From: Coraliomargaritaceae bacterium
GTDB lineage: Bacteria > Verrucomicrobiota > Verrucomicrobiia > Opitutales > Coraliomargaritaceae
DNA: 64,000 nt
Reading direction: 5' to 3'
NCBI GenBank assembly: GCA_965656495.1
Contig: CBFHKU010000004.1
Location: 75,392-139,391, forward strand
The notes beneath the pieces are model-generated. The model saw only the letters and a list, made by a program, of their open reading frames with translations. It did not search any database and was not told the DNA's origin. The position numbers and the translations under genes are program-made. Below, piece by piece: positions 1-9,713 of the stretch. Position 1 is the stretch's first letter; each line of letters starts with the position of its first letter.

Positions 1-2
1 AA

Positions 3-149
3 GTTGTGGTCGACATAAAAACAATAAACCAGATAGGCAATAATGAGCGGGCTCAGATGCTAAATTATCTAAAAATCACCGGCCTCAAAGTTGGCCTTAT
101 TTTAAACTTCAAGCACTCAAAACTTGAGTGGGAACGTCTTATCATTTGA
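3..149 (+). CDS. GxxExxY family (PD-(D/E)XK-like) protein, C-terminal part cut by the window edge
   Basis: Frame from base 3 reads VVVDIKTINQIGNNERAQMLNYLKITGLKVGLILNFKHSKLEWERLII*, matching the AQxxNYLKxTGxxxGLLxNF C-terminus of GxxExxY proteins. Confidence 0.8.
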   Translation, partial: VVVDIKTINQIGNNERAQMLNYLKITGLKVGLILNFKHSKLEWERLII

Positions 150-533
150 ACATTCGAGTCTATTCGTGTCCATTCGTGGTTAACTCAATAATCCTTGCCC
201 ATGACCTCCGCTGAGATCCGCCAGTCCTTCCTTGATTCCATTTTCACCAAAAAAATGGGCGCCGCGGTACTCAAAAATCTGTAATCATTTTAACCACGAA
301 TGGACACGAATAATCACGAATTTGAAGGCCCTATTGTACAAGAGGCGTTTTCGAGATGAATTATCTAAAAATCACCGGCCTCAAAGTTGGCCTTATTTTA
401 AACTTCAAGCACCCAAAACTTGAGTGGGAACGTCTTATCATTTGAACATTCGAGTCTATTCGTGTCCATTCGTGGTTAACTCAATAATCCTTGCCCATGA
501 CCTCCGCTGAGATCCGCCAGTCCTTTCTCGATT
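63..533 (+). repeat. ~175-bp direct repeat (63-237 and 359-533) covering the GxxExxY 3' end and first ~12 codons of alaS
   Basis: Near-identical copies offset by 296 bp, seen directly. Confidence 0.95.
290..479 (+). pseudogene. Internally deleted GxxExxY cassette bounded by 23-bp inverted repeats
   Basis: ttaaccacgaatggacacgaata (290-312) is the reverse complement of tattcgtgtccattcgtggttaa (457-479, also 161-183). Inside, an LLYK-like N-terminal remnant joins directly to the NYLKITG C-terminal segment. Confidence 0.65.
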
Positions 534-3232
534 TTTTTGAATCCAAAGCGCACACCTCCGTGCCTTCGGCGTCCCTTATGCCGACTTCCCCGAATCTGCT
601 TTTCACGAACGCGGGGATGAATCAGTTTGTGCCTTTCTTCCTCGGTACCGAGAAGGCACCCTACTCGCCGCCGCGCGCCGCTGATACCCAGAAATGCATT
701 CGCGCGGGCGGTAAACATAACGACCTTGAAGACGTGGGTTATGATACCTACCACCATACCTTCTTCGAAATGCTCGGGAATTGGTCCTTCGGCGATTACT
801 TCAAGGCGGAGGCGATTGAATGGGGTTGGGAATTGTTAACTCAAGTTTGGGGATTTCCACCCGCCCGTCTTTACGCCACGGTTTACGCGCCCGGCGATGG
901 CGATCCCGCCGAGTTCGATCAGGAAGCCTACGACCTTTGGAAGGTCTTGTTTGAGAAAGCAGGGCTCGACCCCGAGGTCCATATCATCAACGGCAACAAA
1001 AAGGACAACTTCTGGATGATGGGTGAAACCGGCCCCTGCGGTCCCTGCTCCGAACTGCATGTTGACCTCACTCCCGAGGGCGACAGCAAGGGCGCCCTTG
1101 TGAACATGGATTCCGACCTCTGTATCGAGATTTGGAACCTCGTCTTCATTCAATTCAACGCGAATGCCGACGGCACCTTCTCCGATCTTCCCGCCAAGCA
1201 TGTCGATACCGGCATGGGCTTTGAACGCGCCTGCTCCATCATCCAAAACACCAAAGGCCTCACCGATTTCTCGCAGAAACCCACCAACTACGCCACCGAT
1301 GTTTTTCAGCCCCTCTTCCGCACCCTCGAATCCCTGAGCGGCAAAACCTATCAGGACATCTACCCCGCCGCCGATACCGAGCCGAGCCAAGCCCTCACCG
1401 AAGCGATCGCCTTCCGAGTGGTCGCCGACCATATCCGCACCCTCGCCTTCTCGATTGCCGACGGCATTCTCCCCGGCAACAACGGCCGCAACTACGTCCT
1501 CCGCCGCATCCTTCGCCGCGCCGTCAAATACGGTCGCAACCTCGGCTTCGACGGTTCCGAACCCTTCCTCCCGAAATTGGTCGATACCCTCGTCGCGGAA
1601 TTCAGCGCGGTCTTCCCGGAAATCAAGACCCGCGCCGCCGCGGTCAAAGAAACCCTCGCCGCCGAAGAAAGCAGCTTCAACAAGACCCTCGATCGCGGCC
1701 TCCAACTCTTTGAAAAGCAATGCCAGGACGGCGCGATCTCCGGCGAAGAAGCCTTCACCCTTTACGATACCTACGGTTTCCCGCTCGACCTCACCGAACT
1801 CCTCGCCCGCGAGCGGGGCCTTGAAGTCGATACCGCCGGTTTTGAAGCCTGCATGGAAACCCAACGCACCCGCGCCCGCGCCGCCCAAAAGAAGACCGTT
1901 GTCAAAGCGATCGAGCTCGAGACCGACGCCCTCACGGAATTCCTCGGCTTCGATCACGACCACTGCGAGGCTCAAATCCTCGAAGTGCACACTCAGGACG
2001 GACAAGCATGGATCATCCCCGACAAAACCGTTCTGTTTACCGAGATGGGCGGACAGGACGGCGACTGCGGCAGCCTCGAGATTGAGGGGGCACACTACCC
2101 GATTAGCGCGACCCAAAAAGCCGGTCACGCCGTGGCGCATATTTTGCAAGGCAAACTCCCCGAAGGAATCGCGGCGGGCGCAAAGGTTAAGCTCCACCTC
2201 GACCGCGACCGCCGGGCGCCCATCGAAGCACACCACACCGCCACCCACCTCTTGCACTGGGCGCTCCATCAGCACGTCTCGCCCGACGCCACCCAGCAGG
2301 GCTCCAGCGTTTCTCCCGAACGCCTGCGCTTCGATTTCAATTCCAAAGCCCTCAATGCGGATCAGCTCGCAGCCCTCGAGACCGCCGTGAACACCTGCAT
2401 CGAAAAAGCAGAAACCGTCTCCTGGAGCGAAGTCCCCCACGCTGAAGTCAAGGATCGCGCCGACGTGATGCAATTCTTTGGCGACAAATACGGCGAGCAG
2501 GTGCGGGTCGTTCAAATCGGCGGCACCGCCCATGCCCTCGACGGTTATTCCATGGAATTATGCGGCGGCACCCACGTGCGCAATACCAGCGAAATCGGCC
2601 CTTTTAAAATAAAATCCGAAGGCGCAATTGCGGCGGGCATCCGTCGCATTGAAGCGCTCTGCGGTAAAGCCGCCGAAGACTACCTCAAGGAACAAGCGGC
2701 GCTGGAAGCAGACGCCAAAGCCCAACAACTTGAAAAAATCGAGCATCTGAACGCCGCGCTAGCGAAGCTCGGCCTCGACCCCCTTAAAATCCCGGCGGAA
2801 GCCAGCCCGGAAGCGCTTAAAGCACTGGCGGTCGAAGCCGACAAAGCGCTCAAGAAGGCACAGGCCTCCGCGGCTGCCGGTCAAGCGAACGCCCTCCTCG
2901 ACGCTGCCCGCACCGGCGATAACGGCGTGAAGGTGCTGGTGGCGGTCGTCGAAGCACCCGACCCCAACGCCCTTAAGACCATGACCAGCCACCTCGCCGG
3001 ACAACTGGGCGAATCCCTCGTGGTGCTCGGAGCGGCCTTCGATGGCAAAGTAAGCCTTTGCGCCCAGGCGAGTCCCGCCGCGATTGCCGCCGGACACGAA
3101 GCCGGCACCATCATTCGCGAGCTCACCGGAAAACTCGGCGGCAAGGGCGGCGGCAAACCGAACTTCGCAATGGGCGGCGCCCCCGACAACCGCGCACTCG
3201 CGGAAGTCCTCGCGGCCTTTGAACCGTCCTAG
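497..3232 (+). CDS. alaS: Alanine--tRNA ligase
   Basis: LLFTNAGMNQF, HHTFFEMLGNWSFGDYFK, HTATHLLH, ELCGGTHV and GGKGGGK motifs; ATG at 497. Confidence 0.99.
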   Translation: MTSAEIRQSFLDFFESKAHTSVPSASLMPTSPNLLFTNAGMNQFVPFFLGTEKAPYSPPRAADTQKCIRAGGKHNDLEDVGYDTYHHTFFEMLGNWSFGDYFKAEAIEWGWELLTQVWGFPPARLYATVYAPGDGDPAEFDQEAYDLWKVLFEKAGLDPEVHIINGNKKDNFWMMGETGPCGPCSELHVDLTPEGDSKGALVNMDSDLCIEIWNLVFIQFNANADGTFSDLPAKHVDTGMGFERACSIIQNTKGLTDFSQKPTNYATDVFQPLFRTLESLSGKTYQDIYPAADTEPSQALTEAIAFRVVADHIRTLAFSIADGILPGNNGRNYVLRRILRRAVKYGRNLGFDGSEPFLPKLVDTLVAEFSAVFPEIKTRAAAVKETLAAEESSFNKTLDRGLQLFEKQCQDGAISGEEAFTLYDTYGFPLDLTELLARERGLEVDTAGFEACMETQRTRARAAQKKTVVKAIELETDALTEFLGFDHDHCEAQILEVHTQDGQAWIIPDKTVLFTEMGGQDGDCGSLEIEGAHYPISATQKAGHAVAHILQGKLPEGIAAGAKVKLHLDRDRRAPIEAHHTATHLLHWALHQHVSPDATQQGSSVSPERLRFDFNSKALNADQLAALETAVNTCIEKAETVSWSEVPHAEVKDRADVMQFFGDKYGEQVRVVQIGGTAHALDGYSMELCGGTHVRNTSEIGPFKIKSEGAIAAGIRRIEALCGKAAEDYLKEQAALEADAKAQQLEKIEHLNAALAKLGLDPLKIPAEASPEALKALAVEADKALKKAQASAAAGQANALLDAARTGDNGVKVLVAVVEAPDPNALKTMTSHLAGQLGESLVVLGAAFDGKVSLCAQASPAAIAAGHEAGTIIRELTGKLGGKGGGKPNFAMGGAPDNRALAEVLAAFEPS

Positions 3233-3702
3233 CGCCCCCGCATATCGCGCTCCGCTTCGCGCATCGCGACCTTGCGTTTGAGGGTCTCGCGCTTGTCGTG
3301 GAGTTTCTTACCGGTACAGAGCGCGATCTCGACCTTGATGAGGCCATGCTTCATAAATACCCGCAGGGGGACAAGGGTTTTGCCGCCCTGTTCAATCGCC
3401 CCGAGGAGTTTATCGATCTCGCGGCGGTGCAGGAGGAGTTTGCGTTTGCGGCGGGGTTCGTGGTTTTGAAGGTTCCCGAATTTGTATTCCCCGATGTGGC
3501 TGTTGTAGAGCCAGACCTGCCCTTTTTCGATTCGGCAAAAGGATTCCCCGATTTGGGCATTGCCCTCACGGATCGCCTTCACCTCCGTGCCGAGCAGGAC
3601 AACCCCCGCCTCAAAGCGATCGCCCACGAAGTAATTGTGCGTGGCTTTGGCGTTGCGGACTTCCCGATAACGGGAATCGCTGGATTTTTTTTTGGCAGAC
3701 AC
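3229..3702 (-). CDS. smpB: SsrA-binding protein
   Basis: NAKATHNY, EAGVVLLGTEVKAIR, RKRKLLLHRREI, GKKLHDKRE. Confidence 0.98.
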   Translation of the reverse strand: MSAKKKSSDSRYREVRNAKATHNYFVGDRFEAGVVLLGTEVKAIREGNAQIGESFCRIEKGQVWLYNSHIGEYKFGNLQNHEPRRKRKLLLHRREIDKLLGAIEQGGKTLVPLRVFMKHGLIKVEIALCTGKKLHDKRETLKRKVAMREAERDMRGR

Positions 3703-3811
3703 GGTGAAAGGAGTTGGGCGAAGCTAAGCAGGACAAACTCAGAATCGCAAGCACGCGCACTGCCGCACTTGAAATGCCCGCCAGTGAAAGGGTCGAGTGA
3801 CCGCCGCGCGG

Positions 3812-4030
3812 CTAAACTGCCGCTTCGTCTTCGGTCTCGTCGAGCTGATAGGTGATCTTGCCCTCGATGATTTCACGCAGGGCCATATCCTCGGCGGACA
3901 GGCGCTCCAATGACTCAATCAGGGGCTTGTAACCGCTTTTAAGCTGTTTGGCGCGGCGTGAAACAACATTGATCAGGATCATAGGATCGGTGATCACCTG
4001 CTGTGCTTGGTGTAGGTAGTCGTCTCTCAA
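3812..4030 (-). CDS. rpoZ: RNA polymerase omega subunit
   Basis: LINVVSRRAKQL...ALREIIEGKI; 72 aa; TTG start. Confidence 0.9.
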   Translation of the reverse strand: MRDDYLHQAQQVITDPMILINVVSRRAKQLKSGYKPLIESLERLSAEDMALREIIEGKITYQLDETEDEAAV

Positions 4031-4178
4031 AGGTATAGTCTCCGCTGTAGGTTGAAATTAAAGAATGTTTGAAAATGAAGCTGTAAACTCGTTTGGCAAT
4101 AACAATTTGTGCACTTAATTAACGGTTGAAGATGAATCCGGCTCGACCCAGAGACCATAAAAAGCACACTTGGAAACC

Positions 4179-5723
4179 ATGAGTGAGGCTCCACTATATA
4201 ATTGGCTCAATGAACGCGCGGCGGGGGTCTTGCTGCACCCGACCTCCCTGCCCTCGCCCACCGGGATTGGTAATTTTGGGCAGAGCGCGTATCAGTTCGT
4301 CGATTTACTTGCGGATAGCGGCTTGAGCATTTGGCAGCTATGCCCGCTTGGGCCGACCGGATATGGCGATTCGCCCTATCAATGTTTTTCGGCCTTTGCG
4401 GGGAATCCCTATTTGATTGATTGCGTCCCATTGCTGGAGGCGGGCTTGGTGCAGTCTGAGGATTTGGAGGGCTTGCGCGGGCTTTCGGCACAACGTTGTG
4501 ACTTTGGCGCGCTCTACGAGCGCTTCTGGCCGGTGCTGGAAACAGCGCATCGCCGTTTCGTGGCGAGTGCGGCGGGCAGCGTTCTGGATTACGGTTCCTT
4601 TGAGGCATTTTGCTCCGATGAGGCTGCCTGGCTTGAAAGCTACAGCGTGTTCATGGGCCTGAAGGCGCATTTCGGGGGCAAGTGCTGGCTCGAGTGGCCG
4701 GAGGAATTTCGCGATGCGAAGCAGAGCGCAAAAGGCACCCTACCCGCCGAAGCCGAAGCCGCGAAGGAACTGCATGCCTTCGCGCAATACCTCTTCAGCG
4801 CCCAGTATAAAAAGTTTCGTTCTTATGCCGCCAAAAAGGGCGTCCGGATCATGGGCGACCTTCCGATCTTCGTGGCGCTCGACAGCGCCGACGTCTGGGC
4901 AAACCGAGCGCTCTTTCAACTCAATAAGGACGGCCATCCCCGCTCGGTGGCAGGGGTACCGCCCGATTATTTCGCAGCGGACGGTCAGCTTTGGGGCAAT
5001 CCGCTCTTCGAATGGTCGGTGCACAAAGCGGAGGGCTTCGCCTGGTGGCTGGAGCGCATCGAAGCAAACCTCGCACTCTACGACTTCCTCCGGATCGATC
5101 ACTTCCGGGGCTTTGAATCCTACTGGGCGGTACCGGGGGATGCGGAAACAGCACGTAAGGGAAACTGGGAGCCCGCCCCCGGCTTGGCACTCTTTCAAGC
5201 AATCGCGAAAGCCTTCCCCGAAGCGCGCATCATCGCAGAAGACTTGGGCGTCATCACGCCCGAGGTCGAGGCCCTGCTGGCGGCGACCGGTCTGCCGGGC
5301 ATGGCAGTGCTGCAATTTGCCTTTGGAGGGGAAGCGGACAATGCCTACCTGCCGCACAACCTCCGCCAGAACACGGTGCTCTATACCGGTACCCACGACA
5401 ACGACACCAGCCTCGGCTGGTATGCGCAGACCGATTCAACAACGCGCGACCACGTGCGGCGTTATTATGGTATTTCCGGTGAAAACATTGGCTGGGATCT
5501 CATTCGCTCGGCACTGCGCTCCAGCGCGAAGCTCGCGATCCTCCCGCTGCAGGACCTCCTCAGTCTTGGCTCTGAGGCGCGTCTCAACACCCCCGGTCAA
5601 GCGCAGGGCAATTGGCAATGGCGGGTGCATCCTGAACAACTCCTGCAATTCCGTAATGAGAGTGGCGCCTACCTCAAGGAACTGAACGCGCTTTACGGGC
5701 GCTTGCCCCCATCAGGCCCATAG
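4179..5723 (+). CDS. malQ: 4-alpha-glucanotransferase (GH77)
   Basis: GVLLHPTSLP, GVPPDYF, GQLWGNP, RIDHFRGF, IIAEDLG, YTGTHDNDT. Confidence 0.98.
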   Translation: MSEAPLYNWLNERAAGVLLHPTSLPSPTGIGNFGQSAYQFVDLLADSGLSIWQLCPLGPTGYGDSPYQCFSAFAGNPYLIDCVPLLEAGLVQSEDLEGLRGLSAQRCDFGALYERFWPVLETAHRRFVASAAGSVLDYGSFEAFCSDEAAWLESYSVFMGLKAHFGGKCWLEWPEEFRDAKQSAKGTLPAEAEAAKELHAFAQYLFSAQYKKFRSYAAKKGVRIMGDLPIFVALDSADVWANRALFQLNKDGHPRSVAGVPPDYFAADGQLWGNPLFEWSVHKAEGFAWWLERIEANLALYDFLRIDHFRGFESYWAVPGDAETARKGNWEPAPGLALFQAIAKAFPEARIIAEDLGVITPEVEALLAATGLPGMAVLQFAFGGEADNAYLPHNLRQNTVLYTGTHDNDTSLGWYAQTDSTTRDHVRRYYGISGENIGWDLIRSALRSSAKLAILPLQDLLSLGSEARLNTPGQAQGNWQWRVHPEQLLQFRNESGAYLKELNALYGRLPPSGP

Positions 5724-6134
5724 GCCGAGGAAAAAGACCCCGGTCCATGCCGCGGTGCGAATCCAATTGGTGAGGACCAGTCGTCGAATCATCGCTGCAT
5801 CAAAACCGGACTTCTGAAGGGCACGGTGCGCCGGCACGGAAAACACTGCGGTGGCGAGCCACGCCAGCGCCACGAGCGCCGCCGCCGTTACGTGGAATAG
5901 GTTCACCTCGAGCCACAACTGCAGCCCGATCAAGAACGGCTGGGTCAGCATCAGCGGCCCCACGATGAAGCCCATGCGGTTCATGTAGGATTCATGCCAT
6001 TGCGGGAAGGCCTCGGGGCGCAGGTGTGCAAAGCCGGGATAAATCGTGAGCTGCACCAACCAGATCAGCACCAGCATGCCCAAATCCACGCAACGCCGGA
6101 TCGCGTCGAGATCATTGAGCCAGTCGATTTCCAT
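5712..6134 (-). CDS. Hypothetical membrane protein
   Basis: 140 aa with several hydrophobic segments; LIWLVQLTIYP and LVLTNWIRT motifs; follows asd. Confidence 0.75.
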   Translation of the reverse strand: MEIDWLNDLDAIRRCVDLGMLVLIWLVQLTIYPGFAHLRPEAFPQWHESYMNRMGFIVGPLMLTQPFLIGLQLWLEVNLFHVTAAALVALAWLATAVFSVPAHRALQKSGFDAAMIRRLVLTNWIRTAAWTGVFFLGLWA

Positions 6135-6138
6135 TGGA

Positions 6139-7155
6139 TTAGTGCTTTACGAGGCCACGGTCGTGCAACAACTCCGCGATTTGAACAGCGTTGAGGGCGG
6201 CGCCCTTCCAGATTTGGTCACCGGTCACCCACAGCGCCAAACCGTTCTCAAAGACGCGGTCCCGCCGGATGCGCCCCACCCCGCAAGGTATCACCTCGGA
6301 ATACTCAAGCGGCATGGGATAACGGCCCTGCTCGGGATCGTCCACCAATTCCGCGCCTTCAAAACCTACAATCGCTTCACGGGCTGCCTCGACCGAAACC
6401 GGGCGCTCGAATTCCGCGCTGATCGAGATGCTGTGTGCCCGGAAGACCGGCACCCGCACGCAGGTACAAGTGACTTCCAAGTCGCCCAAGCCGAGTATCT
6501 TGCGGCCCTCGTTGAGCATTTTCATCTCTTCACGCGTGTAGCCATCTTCCAGAAAAGCATCGACATGCGGAATGAGGTTAAAGGCGATTTGATGGGGATA
6601 GACTTCCTTCTGTAGGGTCTCGCCCTTCGCCCAGGCACGGGTCTGTTGCTCCAGCTCGATGAGCCCGCCCGCCCCGCTACCAGAGACGGCCTGATAGGTG
6701 GACGCAATGAAACGCTTCAGGCCAAAAGCCTGATGTAAGGGATAGAGTCCCATCAAGGCAATCGCAGTGGAGCAATTGGGGTTTGCAATGATGCCCTTGT
6801 GCGCCTCGACCGCCTCGGGATTAATTTCCGGGACGACCAGCGGCACTTCCGGGTCATTGCGAAACGCGGAACTGTTATCGACCACAATGCACCCGCTCGC
6901 GACCGCTGCTTGCGCGAAGGCGTTCGACTGCGAACCGCCCGCGCTGAAAATACAAATATCGAGATCTTTGAAGCTCGCCTCGGTCGCTTCTTCGATGACC
7001 CAGCTGCGGCCCTCGTAACTAATGCTTTTGCCCGCCGAACGGGCGGACGCGAGCAGGCGCAAATCCGACATTGGAAAGTTGCGTTCATGCAACAACCTAA
7101 TGAGTTCTTGACCGACCGCACCGGTCGCTCCGAGGATGCCTATAGAATATGCCAT
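6139..7155 (-). CDS. asd: Aspartate-semialdehyde dehydrogenase
   Basis: GATGAVG, VVDNSSAFR, IIANPNCST, STYQAVSGSG, KGAALNAVQIAE. Confidence 0.98.
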   Translation of the reverse strand: MAYSIGILGATGAVGQELIRLLHERNFPMSDLRLLASARSAGKSISYEGRSWVIEEATEASFKDLDICIFSAGGSQSNAFAQAAVASGCIVVDNSSAFRNDPEVPLVVPEINPEAVEAHKGIIANPNCSTAIALMGLYPLHQAFGLKRFIASTYQAVSGSGAGGLIELEQQTRAWAKGETLQKEVYPHQIAFNLIPHVDAFLEDGYTREEMKMLNEGRKILGLGDLEVTCTCVRVPVFRAHSISISAEFERPVSVEAAREAIVGFEGAELVDDPEQGRYPMPLEYSEVIPCGVGRIRRDRVFENGLALWVTGDQIWKGAALNAVQIAELLHDRGLVKH

Positions 7156-7697
7156 TCGATTTAAATCAGGAGAAAGCTAACCTAGAGCAAAGCTGCACAG
7201 CCTTGTCAATCATACCCACCCCGCGGGTTTTGATTGTCAGCATCGGTCAACAAAAGCTCTATTACCTTTCCGGCGAACAAGAGGCAGCGGTCCTGCCGAT
7301 CTCGACCTCCAAAAACCCGCCGTCCTGCATAGCGGAATCGTATGGCACGCCCCTGGGTCTGCACGCGATTGCGGATCGCATCGGTGAGGGGGAAGCGGAA
7401 GGGACGGTTTTTAAAGGCCGCGTTCCGCAGGGGCATTACCGCGATTTACCCGAAGCGGAGCAGTCCCGAAATCTGATCACCTCCCGCATTCTGCGCCTGC
7501 GGGGTCTGCAAGCGGGAAAAAACTGCGGGCGGGGTTGCGATTCGTATGACCGCTACATCTATATACACGGCACGAATCACGAAGACCGGATCGGTGAACC
7601 CTTCAGCGGGGGTTGCATCGAACTGCGAAACAAGGCTATGATTCAGCTATTCAATGAAGTGGCGACTGGCGACCTCGTATGGATTACCTTAAACTAA
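7149..7697 (+). CDS. L,D-transpeptidase (YkuD family)
   Basis: TPLG and YIYIHGT...SGGCIEL catalytic motif; start uncertain because it overlaps the asd start head-to-head. Confidence 0.85.
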   Translation: MPFDLNQEKANLEQSCTALSIIPTPRVLIVSIGQQKLYYLSGEQEAAVLPISTSKNPPSCIAESYGTPLGLHAIADRIGEGEAEGTVFKGRVPQGHYRDLPEAEQSRNLITSRILRLRGLQAGKNCGRGCDSYDRYIYIHGTNHEDRIGEPFSGGCIELRNKAMIQLFNEVATGDLVWITLN

Positions 7698-7707
7698 AAT
7701 TTTAAAT

Positions 7708-8229
7708 ATGTCCGACGAATCCAATCATCCATCCTGGTTTTGCCTGAAAACCCAAACAAAGCGCGAACACATTGCCGCCGGGATGCTTGCGGGGCAATAT
7801 GAAGTGGAGGTCTTCTGCCCGCGCATCAGTCAGATCAAAAAGACCCGCGCCGGGAAAAAACGGTTCACGGAAGCGCTCTTCCCGAGCTACATCTTCGCCC
7901 GCTTTCATTACGAGACCCAGTTCCGAAAAATCATGCACGCGCAAGGCGTGCTCCAGATTGTCGCGACCGGGGATCGCCGCGTCATTCCCGAGCATATTAT
8001 CGATTCCCTCAAAGCGAGCCTACCGGAGGACGTCATCGAAGCGCCCGACCTGAGCATTGAACCCGGCGCGGAAATCGAAATTCTAACGGGCTCCCTCAAG
8101 GGCTTGAACGGCAAGGTCCTCGCAGCTATGCCCGCAAAAAAACGAGTGGAGGTACTCCTCGATTTTCTGGGCCGCGAGATCACGGTGGCGATTCATCCGG
8201 ACGATGTAATCCTGAAGGAAAAGGATTAG
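7708..8229 (+). CDS. NusG/RfaH-family transcription antitermination paralog
   Basis: NGN domain (WFCLKT, ALFPSYIF) plus KOW (GAEIEILTGSLKGLNG, VLLDFLGR). Confidence 0.9.
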   Translation: MSDESNHPSWFCLKTQTKREHIAAGMLAGQYEVEVFCPRISQIKKTRAGKKRFTEALFPSYIFARFHYETQFRKIMHAQGVLQIVATGDRRVIPEHIIDSLKASLPEDVIEAPDLSIEPGAEIEILTGSLKGLNGKVLAAMPAKKRVEVLLDFLGREITVAIHPDDVILKEKD

Positions 8230-8238
8230 AGCGCTGCC

Positions 8239-9708
8239 CTAGCCTTCGCTTTCAATCAATTTTCGCAGAATTTCGTCGAGGGTGGCGGGATTTGCCTGAC
8301 CCTTGGTTGCTTTCATGACCGGTCCCTTCAAGGCGTTGAGGGCTTTGGCGTTGCCCTCCTTAAACTGCGCCACCGCCTTGGCATTACCCGCGATGGCCTC
8401 GCGGCAGAGCGCTTCGATTTCATCGGAGTTATCGCTTTGTTCCAGACCTTCCTTTTCGACGATTGCGGCGGGCATCTCACCACTGGCATACATCGCCGCA
8501 AAAACCTCCTTACCGATTTGCTTCGTGATCACACCCTCCTCAATGAGTTTCGCCAATTCCGCGATGTGCGCCGGAGTGAGCGGGCAATCCGTGATTGAAA
8601 GGGCACTTTCCCCGTGGGCGGCACTCGCGGAGAGTTCGCGCAGCAAATCGTTGGCGATGTAATTGGCGATCGCTTTGGGGGCGTCGTGAACCGCGAGCGC
8701 TGCCTCGAAGAAGGCAGACAATTCCGGATCCGGACAGAGCACCGAGGTGATCGTAAAGGGCAAACCCAGTGCTTCCTGAAAACGGCGTTGTTTATCGTAG
8801 GGCCGCTCGGGGAGTTCCGCCTCGATTGCTGCAACGCGGGCACGGTCGAGGCGCACCGGCATGAGGTCGGGGTCCGGGAAATAACGGTAGTCGTGCGCTT
8901 CCTCTTTACTGCGAAGCGAGCTGCTGCTGCCTTTTTCGGCATTCCAGCGGCGGGTCTCCTGCGTGATGCTTTCCCCCGCATCGAGCAATTCCGCCTGCCG
9001 CGCGATTTCGTATTCAATCGCGGCCCGCACGTTTGAAATGGAATTGAGATTTTTCATCTCGGTGCGGGTTCCAAGTTGTTCGCTACCGGCGGGCTTGAGG
9101 GAAACATTGGCATCACAGCGCAATTGCCCCTTTTCCATGTCGCAATCCGAGACCCCGGTGTAATGGATCAATTGGATAAGGGCGTTGAGGAAGGCAACCG
9201 CTTCCTCCGAGGAATGGAGGTCGGGTTCGGTCACGATTTCCGCGAGGGGTACCCCGGCGCGATTGAAATCAATGACGGTATCGAAGGCCTCGTGGCTGAG
9301 TTTGCCGGGGTCTTCCTCCAAGTGAATCCGGTTGAGTTTTACGCTGCGGTGTTCGCCCTGCACATTCCGCGAGGGGCCGGGCAACTCGATCTCAACGAGC
9401 CCCCCCAGGCAAAGCGGTTCCTCGTTTTGCGTGAGCTGATAGTTCTTCGGGGAGTCGGGATAAAAGTAATTTTTGCGGTCCCATTTACAGACTTCTGCGA
9501 TTTCACACCCGAGCATGAGGCCCAACTTCGCGCAGGCCTCAATCGCGGCGTGGTTGAGCACCGGCAAGGTTCCCGGCAGACCCAGCACCACTGCGTCGGT
9601 CAGGGTATTGGGTTCCGCGCCGTAGCTATAGGGCGCCGCGGTGAACATCTTCGTGCGCGTTTTGAGCTGCACGTGGATTTCAAGACCGATGACTACGTCG
9701 TATTCCAT
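8239..9708 (-). CDS. gatB: Asp/Glu-tRNA amidotransferase subunit B
   Basis: VIGLEIHVQL, RKNYFYPD, LRCDANVS, DYRYFPDPDL. Confidence 0.99.
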   Translation of the reverse strand: MEYDVVIGLEIHVQLKTRTKMFTAAPYSYGAEPNTLTDAVVLGLPGTLPVLNHAAIEACAKLGLMLGCEIAEVCKWDRKNYFYPDSPKNYQLTQNEEPLCLGGLVEIELPGPSRNVQGEHRSVKLNRIHLEEDPGKLSHEAFDTVIDFNRAGVPLAEIVTEPDLHSSEEAVAFLNALIQLIHYTGVSDCDMEKGQLRCDANVSLKPAGSEQLGTRTEMKNLNSISNVRAAIEYEIARQAELLDAGESITQETRRWNAEKGSSSSLRSKEEAHDYRYFPDPDLMPVRLDRARVAAIEAELPERPYDKQRRFQEALGLPFTITSVLCPDPELSAFFEAALAVHDAPKAIANYIANDLLRELSASAAHGESALSITDCPLTPAHIAELAKLIEEGVITKQIGKEVFAAMYASGEMPAAIVEKEGLEQSDNSDEIEALCREAIAGNAKAVAQFKEGNAKALNALKGPVMKATKGQANPATLDEILRKLIESEG

Positions 9709-9713
9709 GATTC

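Noticed and set aside
836..2533. Long antisense/alternative-frame ORFs in alaS (likewise in malQ, nadE and hemL)
   Set aside because: Shadow ORFs caused by high GC3; the overlapping genes have clear motifs.
3703..3811. tmRNA next to smpB
   Set aside because: The gap is too short and lacks tRNA-like ends.
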